Part shown: piece after piece, positions 47,614-61,259 of the stretch | How positions within the stretch are numbered: position 1 is the stretch's first letter | How the letters are laid out: every line of letters starts with the position of its first letter | Source: Octopus sinensis | Taxonomy: Eukaryota | Length of the DNA: 64,000 nt | Assembly: GCF_006345805.1 (NCBI RefSeq) | Contig: NC_043001.1 | Location: 89,094,001 to 89,158,000 of the forward strand | Direction of reading: 5' to 3' | The notes under the pieces: generated by a model | What the model saw: only the letters and a program-made list of their open reading frames with translations | Databases searched by the model: none | Told to the model about the DNA's origin: nothing | Position numbers and translations under genes: made by a program

Positions 47614-49280
47614 GCTGCATATATGTATATACATGATGGCTATTATTGATAATAAGAGTCCACATGTGGAACCCACTCAGGTGAAGCCTACAGGCAAAGG
47701 GACAAAATGCTTGTGACCCTGAGATACTTGCTAATGATATGGAAGTGTTTCCTGAGCCACATATTGATTGGATGCCCTAGGGCACTGAGAGAAGGCCATT
47801 ACAACTGGAAACATGACGAGATTCTCGTAGGAATTATCAAGTGAACTGATCTGCAAAGGGTGAAGGTTAGTAAACACCAAAGGTTATCAAATTCTGAAAA
47901 GAAGGTGTCAAAGCTCTGAAGGCAAAAGCAATAGAAGGGGAACCATTTTCTGTTTTTTGTTCAGCCATGACTGGGAGATGCATGTGTTCTTGGGGGAAGA
48001 CTTATCTTCCCAAAGGAGATAGCGGTAACATCACTCTGACCAGATGTTCCTGCTCTCCAGGAATGCAAAAGTTTAGTGATTAAAGATATTGAAGGACAGA
48101 GATAGATGTCTTGTGGAGTAGATACATGGATACTCTAGTTGGTACAGAAAGGAGAGCAGGTTAAAAAAGAAAATAAAGAGAGCAATAATGAAAGAGATGA
48201 TGGCAAAGATATGTGATTAGTAGAAATAGTAGGCTGAAAGATAATAGGAAATGGATGTAGTTTGGGGTGGGTGAAGAAAGGTAACAGATATCTAGGGTAT
48301 GTAATTTATGCCTGTTCTGTTCTCGGGTGATAGAGTAGTGGTGATTGTTAGGGGATGGGTGGGGGAATAGTTGGCAGGGCAGGGGGGATGGAGATGACAA
48401 GCATTACCAAAATGGTTTTAGGGTATCAATTCTATTTTTAAGACATCGGATATGATTTGAAAACAATTTGACTGCTGTTTCTAGCAAGACATATGACCAT
48501 GTGTAGGCTTCTATGCTATTTCATCAAAATTAATGACATCAGTCATAGTGGCGCTGCCTAGGTTTGGTAGCTGTTGTGTCAAGCAAAACATATCTGCATT
48601 GTGCATTTTATTCATTGTGTACAACAGTAGCTACAGTTTTCAATGGCAACAGCTCCTCTCACCCAGAACTAATAATACTAAAGGAAAGTCCCTTACCTCA
48701 TAAGCTCCTACACTACTATGAGTTACAAAGATATGTTTATGCAACTTCTTGGTCCGTTAGCTGCAAAATACACCTAATATTGATCCTACCACCACCACCA
48801 ACCACAATGTGAGAAATTTAAAAGGTTATCAGAAGGTCTTAAAATGTAAGATATATTTCATAATATATTTAACTTATGTAGAGTAGGATTTCATTAGAGA
48901 TGGACATACATGCATATACACACACATATACAAATATATATCTTTTATCTTTTACTTTTTTTCAGCCATCAGACTGCAGCTATGCCAGGGCACTACCTTG
49001 AAGAATTTTTAGTTCAATGAATCAATCCCAGTACTTTTTTTTTTAAGCCTGGTACTTACTCTATCTGTCTCTTTTGCCAAACTGCTAAGTTACAGGGAAG
49101 TAAACACACCAACACCAGTTGTCAAGTGGTGGTGAGGGACAAACACAGACACAAAGACACACACACACACACATATATGATGAGCTTCTTTCAGTTTCCC
49201 TCTACCAAATCCACTCACAAGGTTGGCCTGAGGCTATAGTAGAAGACACTTGCCCAAGATGCCATGCAATGGGACTGATA

Positions 49281-49960
49281 CATGCAAAGTGTGTTCAAAA
49301 AGTACCTGACTATTTTTGTTCTGCCAAAACTAATGCCACATGGGCAAAATCCTTTGGGTGGGAGGTGACACCACCCTTCCTGTGCATGCATGAAAATTTC
49401 AACACCAGTAGGCCATGTCAGTTCCCACCTCTTATGCCTAGAGTACAGATTCCTAGAATACAGACATGTAGTTACACCCAGTGTAAAAACTTCATGGTCT
49501 TCATGAAGTCTGTGTCACAGTTTATGCAATCCAGCATGTCCTGAGCGATTTCCATGTGGAGTTGCTTCTGCTGCTCTGCCAGCACCATGGGGACAAATTT
49601 CTCCAACACTTTCTGCATGCACAAACCCTCCATTGAAATGGAATGCACTGATCCTGTGCTTATTCCCACTTCATGAGCAACTTCCTGGATTGCTGCATGA
49701 TGGTCTTCCATGACTAATCACTGAATGTTTTTAATTAACTTCTTGTTTTGGCTTGTGGGTGGCCTGCTTGAGTGTGCCTCACTCTCCACTGAGTACGGCC
49801 TTGTTTGAAGCAGTTGTACCACTCCTTGATCTGAGTTTTGCCCATGGTATCATCGCCAAAGATCTGCTGAATCTTCAGGATAGTTTGAGCTTGAGTATCA
49901 CCAAGCTTATGGCAAAACTTGGTGCAATACCTCTGCTGAGATGTGTGTGTAACCCATTAG
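49281..49960 (-). mobile_element. Mariner relic with N-terminal transposase fragment
   Basis: QRYCTKFCHKLG..Q.FGDD.MG.TQIKEWYN.FKQGR and EVAHEVGIS.GSVHSI...KFVP (WVP-like motif). Confidence 0.8.
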
Positions 49961-51522
49961 TTGTTCATATGTCCAAAAAAAATAGGCAGACTCTAAAAAT
50001 TTTTTGACAATTGATATTTTGTGTAGTCATTGGTGATGGTTAGTCAGACATGTCTATTATATCTATTATGGTTTCATACCTATTATTGCTCTTAACAATA
50101 TAGGTGACTCATCAGACCTGCTGGCCAGGGTCAGTCTATGTACGATTTTTGTTCACTTGTCAGCAAGCATAGAGGTCCATGTCTACAACACAAATTTTCT
50201 CTCAGCAAGGCATTGTGCATGTATGCGTGTATATGTGCAAGTATTTGGTGTGAGTATATGTGCAGATCTGTATATGTTGTTTTATGTATGTATACTAACA
50301 CTTATAGTTGCATAACTAGACTTATGCATATGGTTTTATATACTAAACTTTTGGAAATTTTTTAATATTTTGACAGTTCTTTGATGGCTTGTATTTGTAG
50401 TTTGTTACTTAGCTTTCTCCCTTCTGGTTTTGGGAAGTCTTATATATATATATATATGTATGCATGGGTGTGTGCATGTGTTTGTATCTCCTTGTCTTGA
50501 CATAGTGTGATATCTGTAAACAAGTGTCACTCTCTTATAATGTAATGTCCTCCATTTCCCATCTTTCATAAAAACCTGTCTGGCAATAGAGAAATATTAA
50601 GTAGCTTGCTTCGAACCACATGATCCCGGGTTCAGTCCCACTGCGTGGAACCCTGGGCAAGTGTCTTCTACTATAGCCTCGGGCCGACCAAAGCCTTGTG
50701 AGTGGATTTGGTAGACGGAAGCTGAAAGAAACGCATCATATATATGTACATATATATGTGTGTGTGTGTGCGTATGTTTGTGTGTCTGTGTTTGTCTCCC
50801 CAACATCGCTTGACAACTGATGCTGCTGTGTTTACGTCCCCATAACTTAGCAGTTCGGCAAAAAAGACCAGTAGAATAAGTACTAGACTTACAAAGAATA
50901 AATCCGGTGGGGTTGATTAAAGGTGGTGCTCCAGCATGGCCACAGTCAAATGACTGAAACAAGTAAAAGAATAAAAGAGTTTCTTAGAAACAGGTGAGGT
51001 TTTGCAACACAAAGGGCATCTGGCCCTAAAAAATCTGCCTTGGCAAATTGTTTGATCAATGCAAGCATGGAAAATTGAACATTAAAACAATAATGATGAT
51101 GATGATGATGATTTATCTATATATGTGTATATAGGTGCTGGAGTGGTTGTGTGGTAAGAAGCTTGCTTCCTAATCACATGGTTCCAGGTTCAGTCGCACT
51201 GTGTGGTACCTTGGGCAAATGTCTTCTACTATAGCCTCAGGCCGACCAGAGCCTTGTGAGTGGTTTTGGTAGATGGAAACTGAAAGAAGCCTGACATTTA
51301 TGTATGCATGTATGTATTTGTGTGTCTGTGTTTGTCCCCCATTACTTAACAACCGATGTTGAAGTGTTTGTCCCCATAACTTAGCGGTTCATCAAAAGAG
51401 ACCAATAGAATAAGTACTAGGCTTACAAAGAATAAGTCCTGGGGTTGATTTGTTCAATTAAAGGCAGTGTTTCAGCATGGCCACAGTCAAATGACTGAAG
51501 CAAGTAAAGAATAAAAGTAACA

Positions 51523-51600
<78 letters not shown>

Positions 51601-51718
51601 ATTAGGAAGTAAATCCAAACTTACAGGGAAAAATTAGATTTAAGATTAAATCAAATTTCACAGTATAAATATAAATTAAATTAGAGATACGTTCTTGTTC
51701 TATTTTTGGGATTTATAT

Positions 51719-52120
51719 AAGAGTGGCTGTGTGGTAAGTAGCTTGCTTACCAACCACATGGTTCCGAGTTCAGTCCCACTGTGTGGCACTTTGGGCAAGT
51801 GTCTTCTACAATAGCCTTGGGCCAACTGAAGCCTTGTGAGTGGATTTGGTAGACGGAAACTGAAAGAAACCCGTCGTATATATGTATGTGTGTGTGTGTG
51901 TGTTTTTGTGTGTCTATGTTTGTCCCCCCAACATCGCTTGACAACCGATGCTGGTGTGTCTGCGTCTCCATAACTTAGCAGTTCGGCAAGAGAGACCAAT
52001 AGAATAAGTACTAGGCTTACAAAGAATAAATCCTGGGGTCGATTTGCTCGACTAAAGGCAGTGCTCCAGCATGGCCACAGTCAAATGACTGAAACAAATA
52101 AAAGAGTAAAGAGAGAGTAA
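51719..52120 (+). mobile_element. Young full-length tRNA-derived SINE (reference copy of this family)
   Basis: GAGTGGCTGTGTGGTAAG (A-box-like), GGTTCCGAGTTCAGTCCC (B-box-like), internal (TG)n, (GAGTAAAA)-type tail. Confidence 0.85.
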
Positions 52121-53240
52121 ACACAACATGTTGTAGTTGATGGAGTCCACTCAAACCCAGCAAAAGTCACCAGCGGTGTTCCCCAGGGAACTGTTTTGGG
52201 TCCGCTACTCTTTATAATTTACGTAAACGACCTTTCCAGTGTCGTACATCACTGCAAAGTGAAAAATATTCGCTGATGACACTAAACTCCAGCAAATCGT
52301 CAATGAAGAAGCAGACCGAACTCAACTCCAGTCTGATCTATATGCTGTGAGTCAATGGGCAGACAGAAACAAAATGCAACTGAATGAGGGAAAATTTGAG
52401 CTGATGCATTTTGGAAGAAATTCCTCACTAAAACAACCATACTCTCTTCCTTCAGGGGAACGCTCACAGCCTCTAACAATATCAGAGACCTGGGTGTAAT
52501 TGTTGATGACGATCTCAGTTGGAGTGCACACATCAACAAGAAGGTCAATATAGCTCGTAGGACGAGTTCCTGGATCTTAAGAACTTTCCGGTCCAGAGAA
52601 CAAGGTGTCATCATACCACTTTTTTCCTCCTTTGTACGGCCACACCTTGAATACTGCTGCCCACTGTGGTCTCCTCACACAAGACAAAACATCTCCAGAA
52701 TTGAGTCACCCCAGAGGGCTCTCACTAAACAAATTGAAGGCATGGCTGCTCTCGATTATTGGGATCGCCTTAAAGCCTTGAAACTTTACTCCCTCCAGTG
52801 TCGCCGTGAGCGGTACATCATTTGTATGATGTGGAAAATATACCGCCAACTTTGCCCAAACGACCTAAACATTAGCTTCAAGGTTCATCCAAGACTTGGA
52901 CCACGGGCTATACGTCCCCTGCCAAATTCAAGATCACAACATACATGTACACTGCAACATAATTTCTTTTCCTCAACAGGCCCTGCCCTATTTAACATTG
53001 TCCCGAGGGAGATCAAAGAGGAAAAGGATCCCATCAACTTTAAACAGAGTCTGGATAGATTCCTTCAAAGAATACCAGATAAGCCACCCATAATTGGATA
53101 CAACTCACCCAACAAGAACTCACTACTTGAACAAAACTTGACTTAAACAGGATTCGAATAATCCTATCAGGTGGTGCTATTAAGTTAGACATGGCCTGGA
53201 CCAATCTCTGGTCGAAACATATCTAAGTTTATCTAAGTTT
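52121..53240 (+). pseudogene. 5'-truncated CR1/L2-group LINE, RT C-terminal half, ending in (ATCTAAGTTT)2
   Basis: [31 protein letters not shown] (after a frameshift), RPHLEYCCPLWSP, LYSLQCRRERY, FKQSLDRFLQRIPD. Confidence 0.9.
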
Positions 53241-53940
53241 ATATATATATATATATAAATATATACACATGCATGATGGACTTTTTTCCAGTTTCAGTTT
53301 AACAAATCTGCTTTACAAGGCTTTGGTTGGCCTGGTGCTCGAATAGAAGATACTTGCCTGAGATGCTACTCAGTAGGACTGTATGGGTGCAAGTAGTAGG
53401 TTACGTTGACCTCATCATTTTGTAGTCATATTTGATATCAATAGTCGTTTACTTAGAAGCCAAGTGAGAAATCAATTAACAAATCATTACTCGTTGAAGG
53501 CAATAAAGTTAATTAATATGAGGTTGTTTAGCAACAATGATTGGTTTAATGTGTGTGTTTGAACATGTGTGTGAGAACATGTGTGAGAACATGTGTGGGC
53601 GTATGTGTGAACATGTGTGTGTGGAGGATGCGAACATATGTGTTTGTGAGAGCACTCATACATAAGCACACACACATACATAAGCATGCATAAACTCACA
53701 CACTCACACACATAAGTGCACACACACACACACTCATATACAGAGCTTCTGCTTATTGTATAACAAGGTCACATGCATATTAGTTCAATTCTGATAGCAA
53801 TGACGATGACGATGATGACAAAGACAATTGATGAGGATGATGATGACGTGGAGGAGGAGGAGGACAGTAATAGAAATAATGATGATGCTTTCTTTATGGC
53901 TGGTAAATATATGCACCTGTGTGTGTGTGTGTGTGTGTGT

Positions 53941-54965
53941 GCGGTAATATTTAAGTTCCCCAGGAGACAAGTATATGACCTTCTATCAATTTTGTTGCTT
54001 TTGTTTCACTTCATGCCCATTCTTAATACTCTCAGGAAAATAATGAACATCACAACATCCTAATTGCAAAATCTCCTAGATATATACTGTGCAGAAGCCC
54101 ATTGTGTTTGTGTGTGTGTGTATAACGGTGCTTGGTATAGTGGTTTAGATATTGGATTCACAATTGTTAATCCATGGGTTGAAATCTTGGACTAAGCAGT
54201 ATGTTGTGTTCTTGAGCAAGGCACTTCATTGATTCAATTGAGTCTACTTAAATATGAGTACCTGCAACAGTTGGTGGGGTAGGTAGCAGGGTTATGTCTG
54301 TGATGGAATGGCATCCTCTTTAGGGGCAGGATCTTGTATCCTCACTCACTGAAATACCTCAGACACTGGGATAATCTCTAGTCTAGTGATCCTGTTGGCT
54401 TATTACAGAATATAGATATATATATATGAATATGTGTGTGTGTGTGTGTGTGTGTGCGGTAATATTTAAGTTCCCCAGGAGACAAGTATATGACCTTCTA
54501 TCAATTTTGTTGCTTTTGTTTCACTTCATGCCCATTCTTAATACTCTCAGGAAAATAATGAACATCACAACATCCTAATTGCAAAATCTCCTAGATATAT
54601 ACTGTGCAGAAGCCCATTGTGTTTGTGTGTGTGTGTATAACGGTGCTTGGTATAGTGGTTTAGATATTGGATTCACAATTGTTAATCCATGGGTTGAAAT
54701 CTTGGACTAAGCAGTATGTTGTGTTCTTGAGCAAGGCACTTCATTGATTCAATTGAGTCTACTTAAATATGAGTACCTGCAACAGTTGGTGGGGTAGGTA
54801 GCAGGGTTATGTCTGTGATGGAATGGCATCCTCTTTAGGGGCAGGATCTTGTATCCTCACTCACTGAAATACCTCAGACACTGGGATAATCTCTAGTCTA
54901 GTGATCCTGTTGGCTTATTACAGAATATAGATATATATATATGAATATGTGTGTGTGTGTGTGTG
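53941..54965 (+). repeat. Apparently exact 515-bp tandem duplication bounded by (TG)n
   Basis: GCGGTAATATTTAAGTTCCCC at 53941 and 54456; no differences seen by eye. Confidence 0.95.
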
Positions 54966-54979
54966 TACACATACATATA

Positions 54980-55545
54980 TGAGGGGACACCCAAAAGAAA
55001 CCGGATTTTTGCAATATTTTATTCACTTATTTTTTCATGTTTATGGTTTTTTCACCTTCAAAATATTCTTCACTTGAAGTAATACATCAATCCAGGTATA
55101 TTTTCCACTATCGGAAGCAGTACTGAAACTCCTGCAAAGTGATGCCTTTTAATGCCTCTGTCATTTTTTTCTTCACCTCTTCCACATCTGCAAATTCCAT
55201 AGCACCAGCTTTTGTCACCAGTGATGACCTCTAAAAAAAGGTCCTGATCAACTTCCAACTGTTCTTTCAGTTCATGACATGCATTCAGTCATGACTGATT
55301 TTGATCTTCCATGAGCAAACAAGGTGTAAATTTTGCTGCAATTCTTTTTATTTGCAGCTCCTCGCTCAAAATTTGTTGGAAGAAGCTACAGGACACACCA
55401 ATCATATCAAGAAGTTAGTCAATTGTTTGGTGATGGTCCTTCAAGATCAGTTCATGAATTTTCATGATGTTTTCATTCATTCAGGAGGTTGACAGTTGTC
55501 CTGAATGAGATTGGTCTTCAAGTGACATGTTACCATTCTTAAAGG
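54980..55545 (-). mobile_element. Mariner relic
   Basis: TA-TGAGGGGACACCCAAAAGAAACCGG TIR-like end; ITGDKSWCY resembles the mariner first-aspartate motif ITGDETW.Y. Confidence 0.7.
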
Positions 55546-56024
55546 TGTATGTCCGTGCGTGTGTGTGAGCATGCACACATATGCATGCATTTGTGTGCAT
55601 GCATGCATGCACATGTGTGTATGTGTATTGGCATGGAGTAACCACAATCAGTACATCAAACAAAAACTATCATGCTATATTTAATTCTGACCAAGTCATC
55701 TTTCTTTATACCAGGTATGAAATACCTTTCATCTCTGATGGCATCTGAGATCAATATAATAGACTTAAACCTTTTCAGAGCAGTGCTCCAGTATGGCCAT
55801 AATCAAGTGATTCAAACCAGTAAAAGTAGAAGTAATGATGTTCTCTCATAACAACAAAGCCAGACCCACATCACAAAGACTAAAGTACTTTTTTAGAACC
55901 CAGAAACATTTCATCGTTAATCAGTTGTTAACCCTCTACAATGCACAAAGCCCACATTGTGGTACCAGTCACCTCCAATAGACAGTGCTGCTGCTGCTAT
56001 TGCTTCACACACTACACCCTAGAC

Positions 56025-56189
56025 CAGGCATGGGCAATCTTTTGCAAGAAGCAGACCACATGTAACATGGTTCATCATCTGGAGAGCAGCACTACTAAAA
56101 AATTCACGGTAATGTTTTTGTTAGGCATGCCATTCTGAAAGTTCCATGGGCCAAATAACTGCCTGTAGACTACAGTTTACCCAAAATTA
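56025..56189. mobile_element. Small hAT-like MITE
   Basis: CAGGCATGGGCAA terminus; 8-bp flanks CCCTAGAC / ACCTAGAC; the right TIR is degraded. Confidence 0.4.
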
Positions 56190-56496
56190 ACCTAGACCAC
56201 ATCCAGAAGGAATCTTTTCAACCGATTGGTATTGATTCAATCACCAACACATGACAACTTCTGGTCCATAGATGTACCATTTCTTCTCTTCCTCTGTTTC
56301 TTTTATCACTCTTGCAATGGTCTCTGCTATTCTGAAATAGCTACCATCATCTACATTCGTTTTGTCTCTTCTGCCATCATCCATAAAACAGTATTTTATA
56401 GGCAGTGAGAACAGAAGAAATTGGCATATTTATCCTCTAAGAAATTGTACAAAATACTTCATCTAGTCTTTCTTCCTTCAGACTATAAATGTCCAA

Positions 56497-56730
56497 GGCA
56501 GCAAGCTGGCAGAAACGTTAGCGCGCTGGGTGAAATGCTTAGCGGTATTTCGTCTGTCGTTACGTTCTGAGTTCAAATTCCGCCAAGGTCGACTTTGCCT
56601 TTCATCCTTTCGGGGTCGATAGATAAAGTACCAGTTTCACACTGGGGTCGATGTAATCAACTTAATCCCTTTGTCTGTCCTTGTTTATTCCCTCTATGTT
56701 TATCCCCTTGTTGGCAGTAAAGAAATATAT
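56497..56730 (+). mobile_element. Young SINE (GGCAGCAAGCTGGCAGAA family); similar copy at 58500-58725
   Basis: GGCAGCAAGCTGGCAGAAACGTTAG...GAGTTCAAATTCCGCC.AGGTCGACTTTGCCTTTCATCCTTTCGGGGTCGAT...GGCAGTAAAGAAATA. Confidence 0.85.
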
Positions 56731-59244
56731 AACTGTCCAGGTTTTACTGTTGACATTTTTATGTCTTTTTTTCCTACAAAAATTGACCTACAGTTGTCCA
56801 AACTGAACATTAATATATATCAATCTCTCCTGTTGGTGAGGACCTGCAAAGATCATGAGCACTACCCCTTTTTAACAAACACATACATTTACTGGAGGTA
56901 GCCATCATCAATATTCATCATCATCATCATCATCATTTTCAACATCAATGGCTTAGTGTTGTTATTACTGTCATCATTTTTGTCGTTGTTATGAAGTAAC
57001 TCCTGTCTTGGTATTCAGCCACAGATTCACTTTGCAAAATATACCATACTTTTATCTGATTGGGTTGAGGAGGGTGCCTTACGAAGTGATCTGGTTTAAA
57101 GTTCGTTATTTAACTAACATTTTAACTATGGCTATCTCTCAACCTCTATTTTTTATTCAGTCACATTTAGGGGAAAGGTGGGGAGGTTGATAGGAGGAGG
57201 TGTTATCTAATCATTTTTATCTGTTAATCCCTTCTTCAGTTATTCATTGTTCGCCAAGCAGCAGTTTTCTTTTATCCAAAGGAGACAGAGAAATACAGTA
57301 ACATCTTACATTGTCACAAGGCACGGAATTTTTAAAGAAAGCTGTTGTCAATTGAATTAACTACAATATATACATGATATTTTGTTTTATTAAAGCATGA
57401 AAAGCAAATACAACTCTGATATGTATATAGAAAGACAACACTAAATTTTGCAAGTTTCTCACTATTTCTGTCACTCCAAACTCCTGAAGGAGTTGATTGT
57501 ATATAACAGCTGAATATAGTATATATTATTAACTATAAAAAAAAAAAATGGCACTCTGTTGGTTACGATGATAAGGGTTCCAGTTGATCTGATCAACACA
57601 TCAGCTTGTTCATGAAATTAACATGCAAGTGGCTGAGCATTCCACAGACATGCATGCCTTTCATGTAGTTCTTGGGGAAATTCAGCATGACATAGAATGT
57701 GCCAAGACTGACCCTTTAAATTATAAGCACAACTCATTTTTGCTAGCTGAATGGACTTGTGCAATGTGAAATGAAGTATCTTGCTCAAAGACAAAGACAA
57801 CACCAGGGCTTGAACTCACAACCTTACAATCATGAACTGAACACCCTAACCATTTAATAAAAAAAATAATAATGAAATTATTGTATACAGTGCTCAGGTA
57901 CACCACAACTTGTCAAAAGTGCGTATAAAGTATATGCAGTAATGTACAAATGTCTGGAAAGTGAACAGTGTATGAGTCAGATACATGCTTGTGTGTGTAT
58001 GGAGGGGAGAAAATCAGGTGTAGTGTTGGCAAATCTCAAGAAGCATGGAAGTTTTGAAGGATGCAGTGCTCCGACAACTAACAACTGATGCCGGCAGTTT
58101 GTTCCATGCTTCAGCAACTCTTAGCATGAAAAAATGTTTCCGAAAGTCATGAGAGCTGTGCTGTTTTCTGACTTTGTAAACATGTCCACGGGTGTTAGAC
58201 AGGTGGAGTTTGAAAAGGTGCTCAGAATTATTATTAGCCATGATCAGTGGGATTTGATCTCAACAAAATGAAGTAGCAGTCAAACATGGAATTAGTCAAT
58301 GTTTGACTAATTCCATCATCATCATTTTAACATTGATTTTTCCATGCTTGTATGGGTAGACAGATTTTTTTATAACTAGATTCCCCTCCTGTCACCAGCC
58401 CTCACCTGTGTTGACCAAGTAAGGTAATATTTCCCCATGGCCACACGCTTTCACAGAATATTGGAAATAAATGACATTGCTTGTATGACAGTGACACTTG
58501 AGCTGGCAGAATCGTTAGCACGCAGGCAAAATGCTTAGCAGTATTTCGTCTACTGTTACGTTCTGAGTTCAAATTCTGCCGAGGTCGACTTTGCCTTTCA
58601 TCCTTTCAGGGTCGATTAAATAAGTACAAGTTATGCATTGGAGTCAATGTAATCGACTTAATCCCTTTGTCTGTCCTTGTTTGTCCCCTCTATGTTTATC
58701 TCCCTGTGGGCAATAAAGAAATAAATTACTATGTGATGTCAAGAGAAGGAGACCCAAACATGCGCACACATACACTTCTAGCAGAATTAAAGATATTTTT
58801 CTAGCAGTATGATTTGAAGGAAGGTTTGGCTGCTATTTCCTGCAGTTATGTAGGGTGTTCCTATGTGGCTTGCTGACTTGGCTGACTGTTCTAGGTAGAT
58901 GTGGTGAAAAAGATAATAAGTATTGTAGCCATGGTGAAAACAAAGATAGTAACTATGGTAGCTTTGTTGTAGATGCTAACTCTTTACATATTTACTCTTT
59001 TACATGTTTCACTTGTTGAACTGCAGCCATGCTGGAGCACTATTTTGTTAGCACTCAGGGTTAGTTGAACAAATCAACCCTAGTATTTATTTTAAAACTG
59101 GTACTTATTCTGTGGGTCTCTTTGCTGAACCACTAAATTGCAGTGGTGAAACAGACCACACCTATTGTTGAGCAGTTAGGAGAGACACACAAATACACAC
59201 ACACACACATTTACACATATACACATGTTTCTCTCTCACTCTAA

Positions 59245-59290
<46 letters not shown>

Positions 59291-59515
59291 CATATGTGTT
59301 TATATAAACTTGTTTTCTTAGTTAAAACTGTGTTAAGAATATTCAGATGAGAGGATCATCGCTGAAGGAGAAAGGGACATGGAAAAATGTGAATCCATAA
59401 ACACTTTGTAGTTACTCATATAGATCAAATATATGCTAACATGATTCCAGTTCTTCTTTCGTAGTTCAAGTTGAACTTGAATTTTTTTTCTCACTTTTCT
59501 CCCTCTTCAGTAAGG

Positions 59516-59547
<32 letters not shown>

Positions 59548-59590
59548 TATCGTTTTTATTTAAACTTTTACAAACTTGCATGGTTTAGAC

Positions 59591-60790
59591 TAGTGTTTCC
59601 TAAAGTTTTTGCACCAAATTGCAATATCACCCACCTATCAGCCAAAAAATGCTCCATCGCCCACCTGTGTAAAAATAAACCCTGACACCCCAACACAAAA
59701 TCCCCTAGGATGCACCCCTTGTATCATTTGACACAGACACTATATCGTAGACTCGTTGCCCTGTTAGTGCAGTTTAGACTAAATATGCAGTTATTGTGAG
59801 TTTAGTTTTGCTGTTAGTGTGAATAAACTTTTAATGTTAACTCTATATTATGCAGACAGATTAACTTCTGGAAACTTGCACTTTATTTTACACTGATTTT
59901 CATTTTCCCCAAATGAATCATTGATCAGAACTACCGATGCAACAATAATTAATGATTGTATTATAAAGGAAAAGAATAAAACATTTTAATGAGAACTATG
60001 TGTCTGGTGCAATGCAGCTAGTACAGATACATTCGGTTTCAAACTTGTCGACTTTAGCTGCAAGTTTCCTTGTTATATCACATCCAGGCCAGTTCTTTTA
60101 TGGGAAAATAAAGTTCCAATATGGTTAAAACCAGATTCAACCAGATATGAGGTAGGGAAGGCAAGCAAAAGTAATTTCAGATGTTTCCACAGACTGGGGT
60201 AGGAATTCAGTATACTCTGATGGTACCACAAACCGTCTCTGTCATTACAGTGATATCGCATTGTGGCGTCACTGTCATTTGTAATTCTATCAATTCCTCC
60301 TGAACATCATCCTCACAATCGATTTGCATCGATCTCGAATGGACTGCTATACCAATTTGGAATATTCAGCGCAATAACATCTTGAAATGGCTCCACCATG
60401 TTATCATGCAATGATTGTAAATAGTTGCGATATGTAGTTAAATCCTCATCAACCAATTCATCTTTTAAAGAATCAAGATGTGGAAATTGATGGAATTTAC
60501 ATTTTGAAATGTTAGTCTTAAACAACACCAATTTCGAAATGAAGGTAGTGATAAATGATTTACAATCAGAGTTTTTCTGTTTCCTTGCAATAACTTATTC
60601 AAATCATTTGATTTTGTGAATATATCAGATAGTGGAGTATCTTCAAAGAAAAAATATTATATAAAACAGTTCAACAAAGCATAAAGCACAGTTTTCTTTT
60701 GACAGCCACCACACTTCGGTATAGTATAAGAGTTTAGTATGGTCCTCATCAGTCCTCAGAGAGTTGATGGAAAATTGGTAGCACTATTAT
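59591..60790 (-). mobile_element. hAT (Buster/Charlie-type) transposon relic, transposase C-terminal part
   Basis: YPSLWKHLKLLLLAFPTSYLVESGF (hAT dimerization domain), LLY.TEVWWLSK (cf. HTEVRWLS), terminus TAGTGTTTCCTAAA next to GTTTAGAC. Confidence 0.8.
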
Positions 60791-61259
60791 TTAAGATCTA
60801 TTAATCTGATAACTAATTCTTCCGTTAGCAACCTATTACTATTCTTGATAACAATGTTGTACATATTAGTTCAGTACATTGTATCTATGCACATTTTATC
60901 TTTTATTAGTTTTACCAACTCTGGAATCTGTTATGCTGGATTATAGATTCATATTTTACTGGTTCTCAGCAGAATTTTATACCAATGTCAACTGTTGTGT
61001 TGTGTGAACCCTTTCTACACATTAAGAAGACATTTTATATTTAATGTATTTCCAATATTTATCAATTCTATACATGAATTGTTTATAAATTAAATAATTC
61101 ATAGCTACCTCTCTCTCTCATAATAAACAGTATGCTAGTAACTTGTTTGTATGTTTAATTTTTAGAGCATCAAAAAACCTAACAGCCAACTGACCTAGTG
61201 TTTTTATTGTAGGTGAAGTCTCTGAATTATTTCATTAGTAAACAATTCTATTTTCTCCA

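Noticed and set aside
51719-51790. tRNA gene
   Set aside because: A/B-box-like motifs continue into a SINE body and no cloverleaf acceptor stem is evident; this is a SINE head.
53185-53222. GACC/GGTC stem followed by GAAACATA as a hammerhead
   Set aside because: No CTGANGA upstream; better explained as a LINE 3' stem-loop.
53773-54063. Acidic ORF (DEDDDDVEEEED)
   Set aside because: Derived from (GAT)n/(GAG)n trinucleotide tracts and runs into (TG)n; no splice support.
57020-57100. Short protein-like frame PQIHFAKYTILLSDWVEEGALRSDLV
   Set aside because: Under 30 codons, no strong donor, no recognisable homology.
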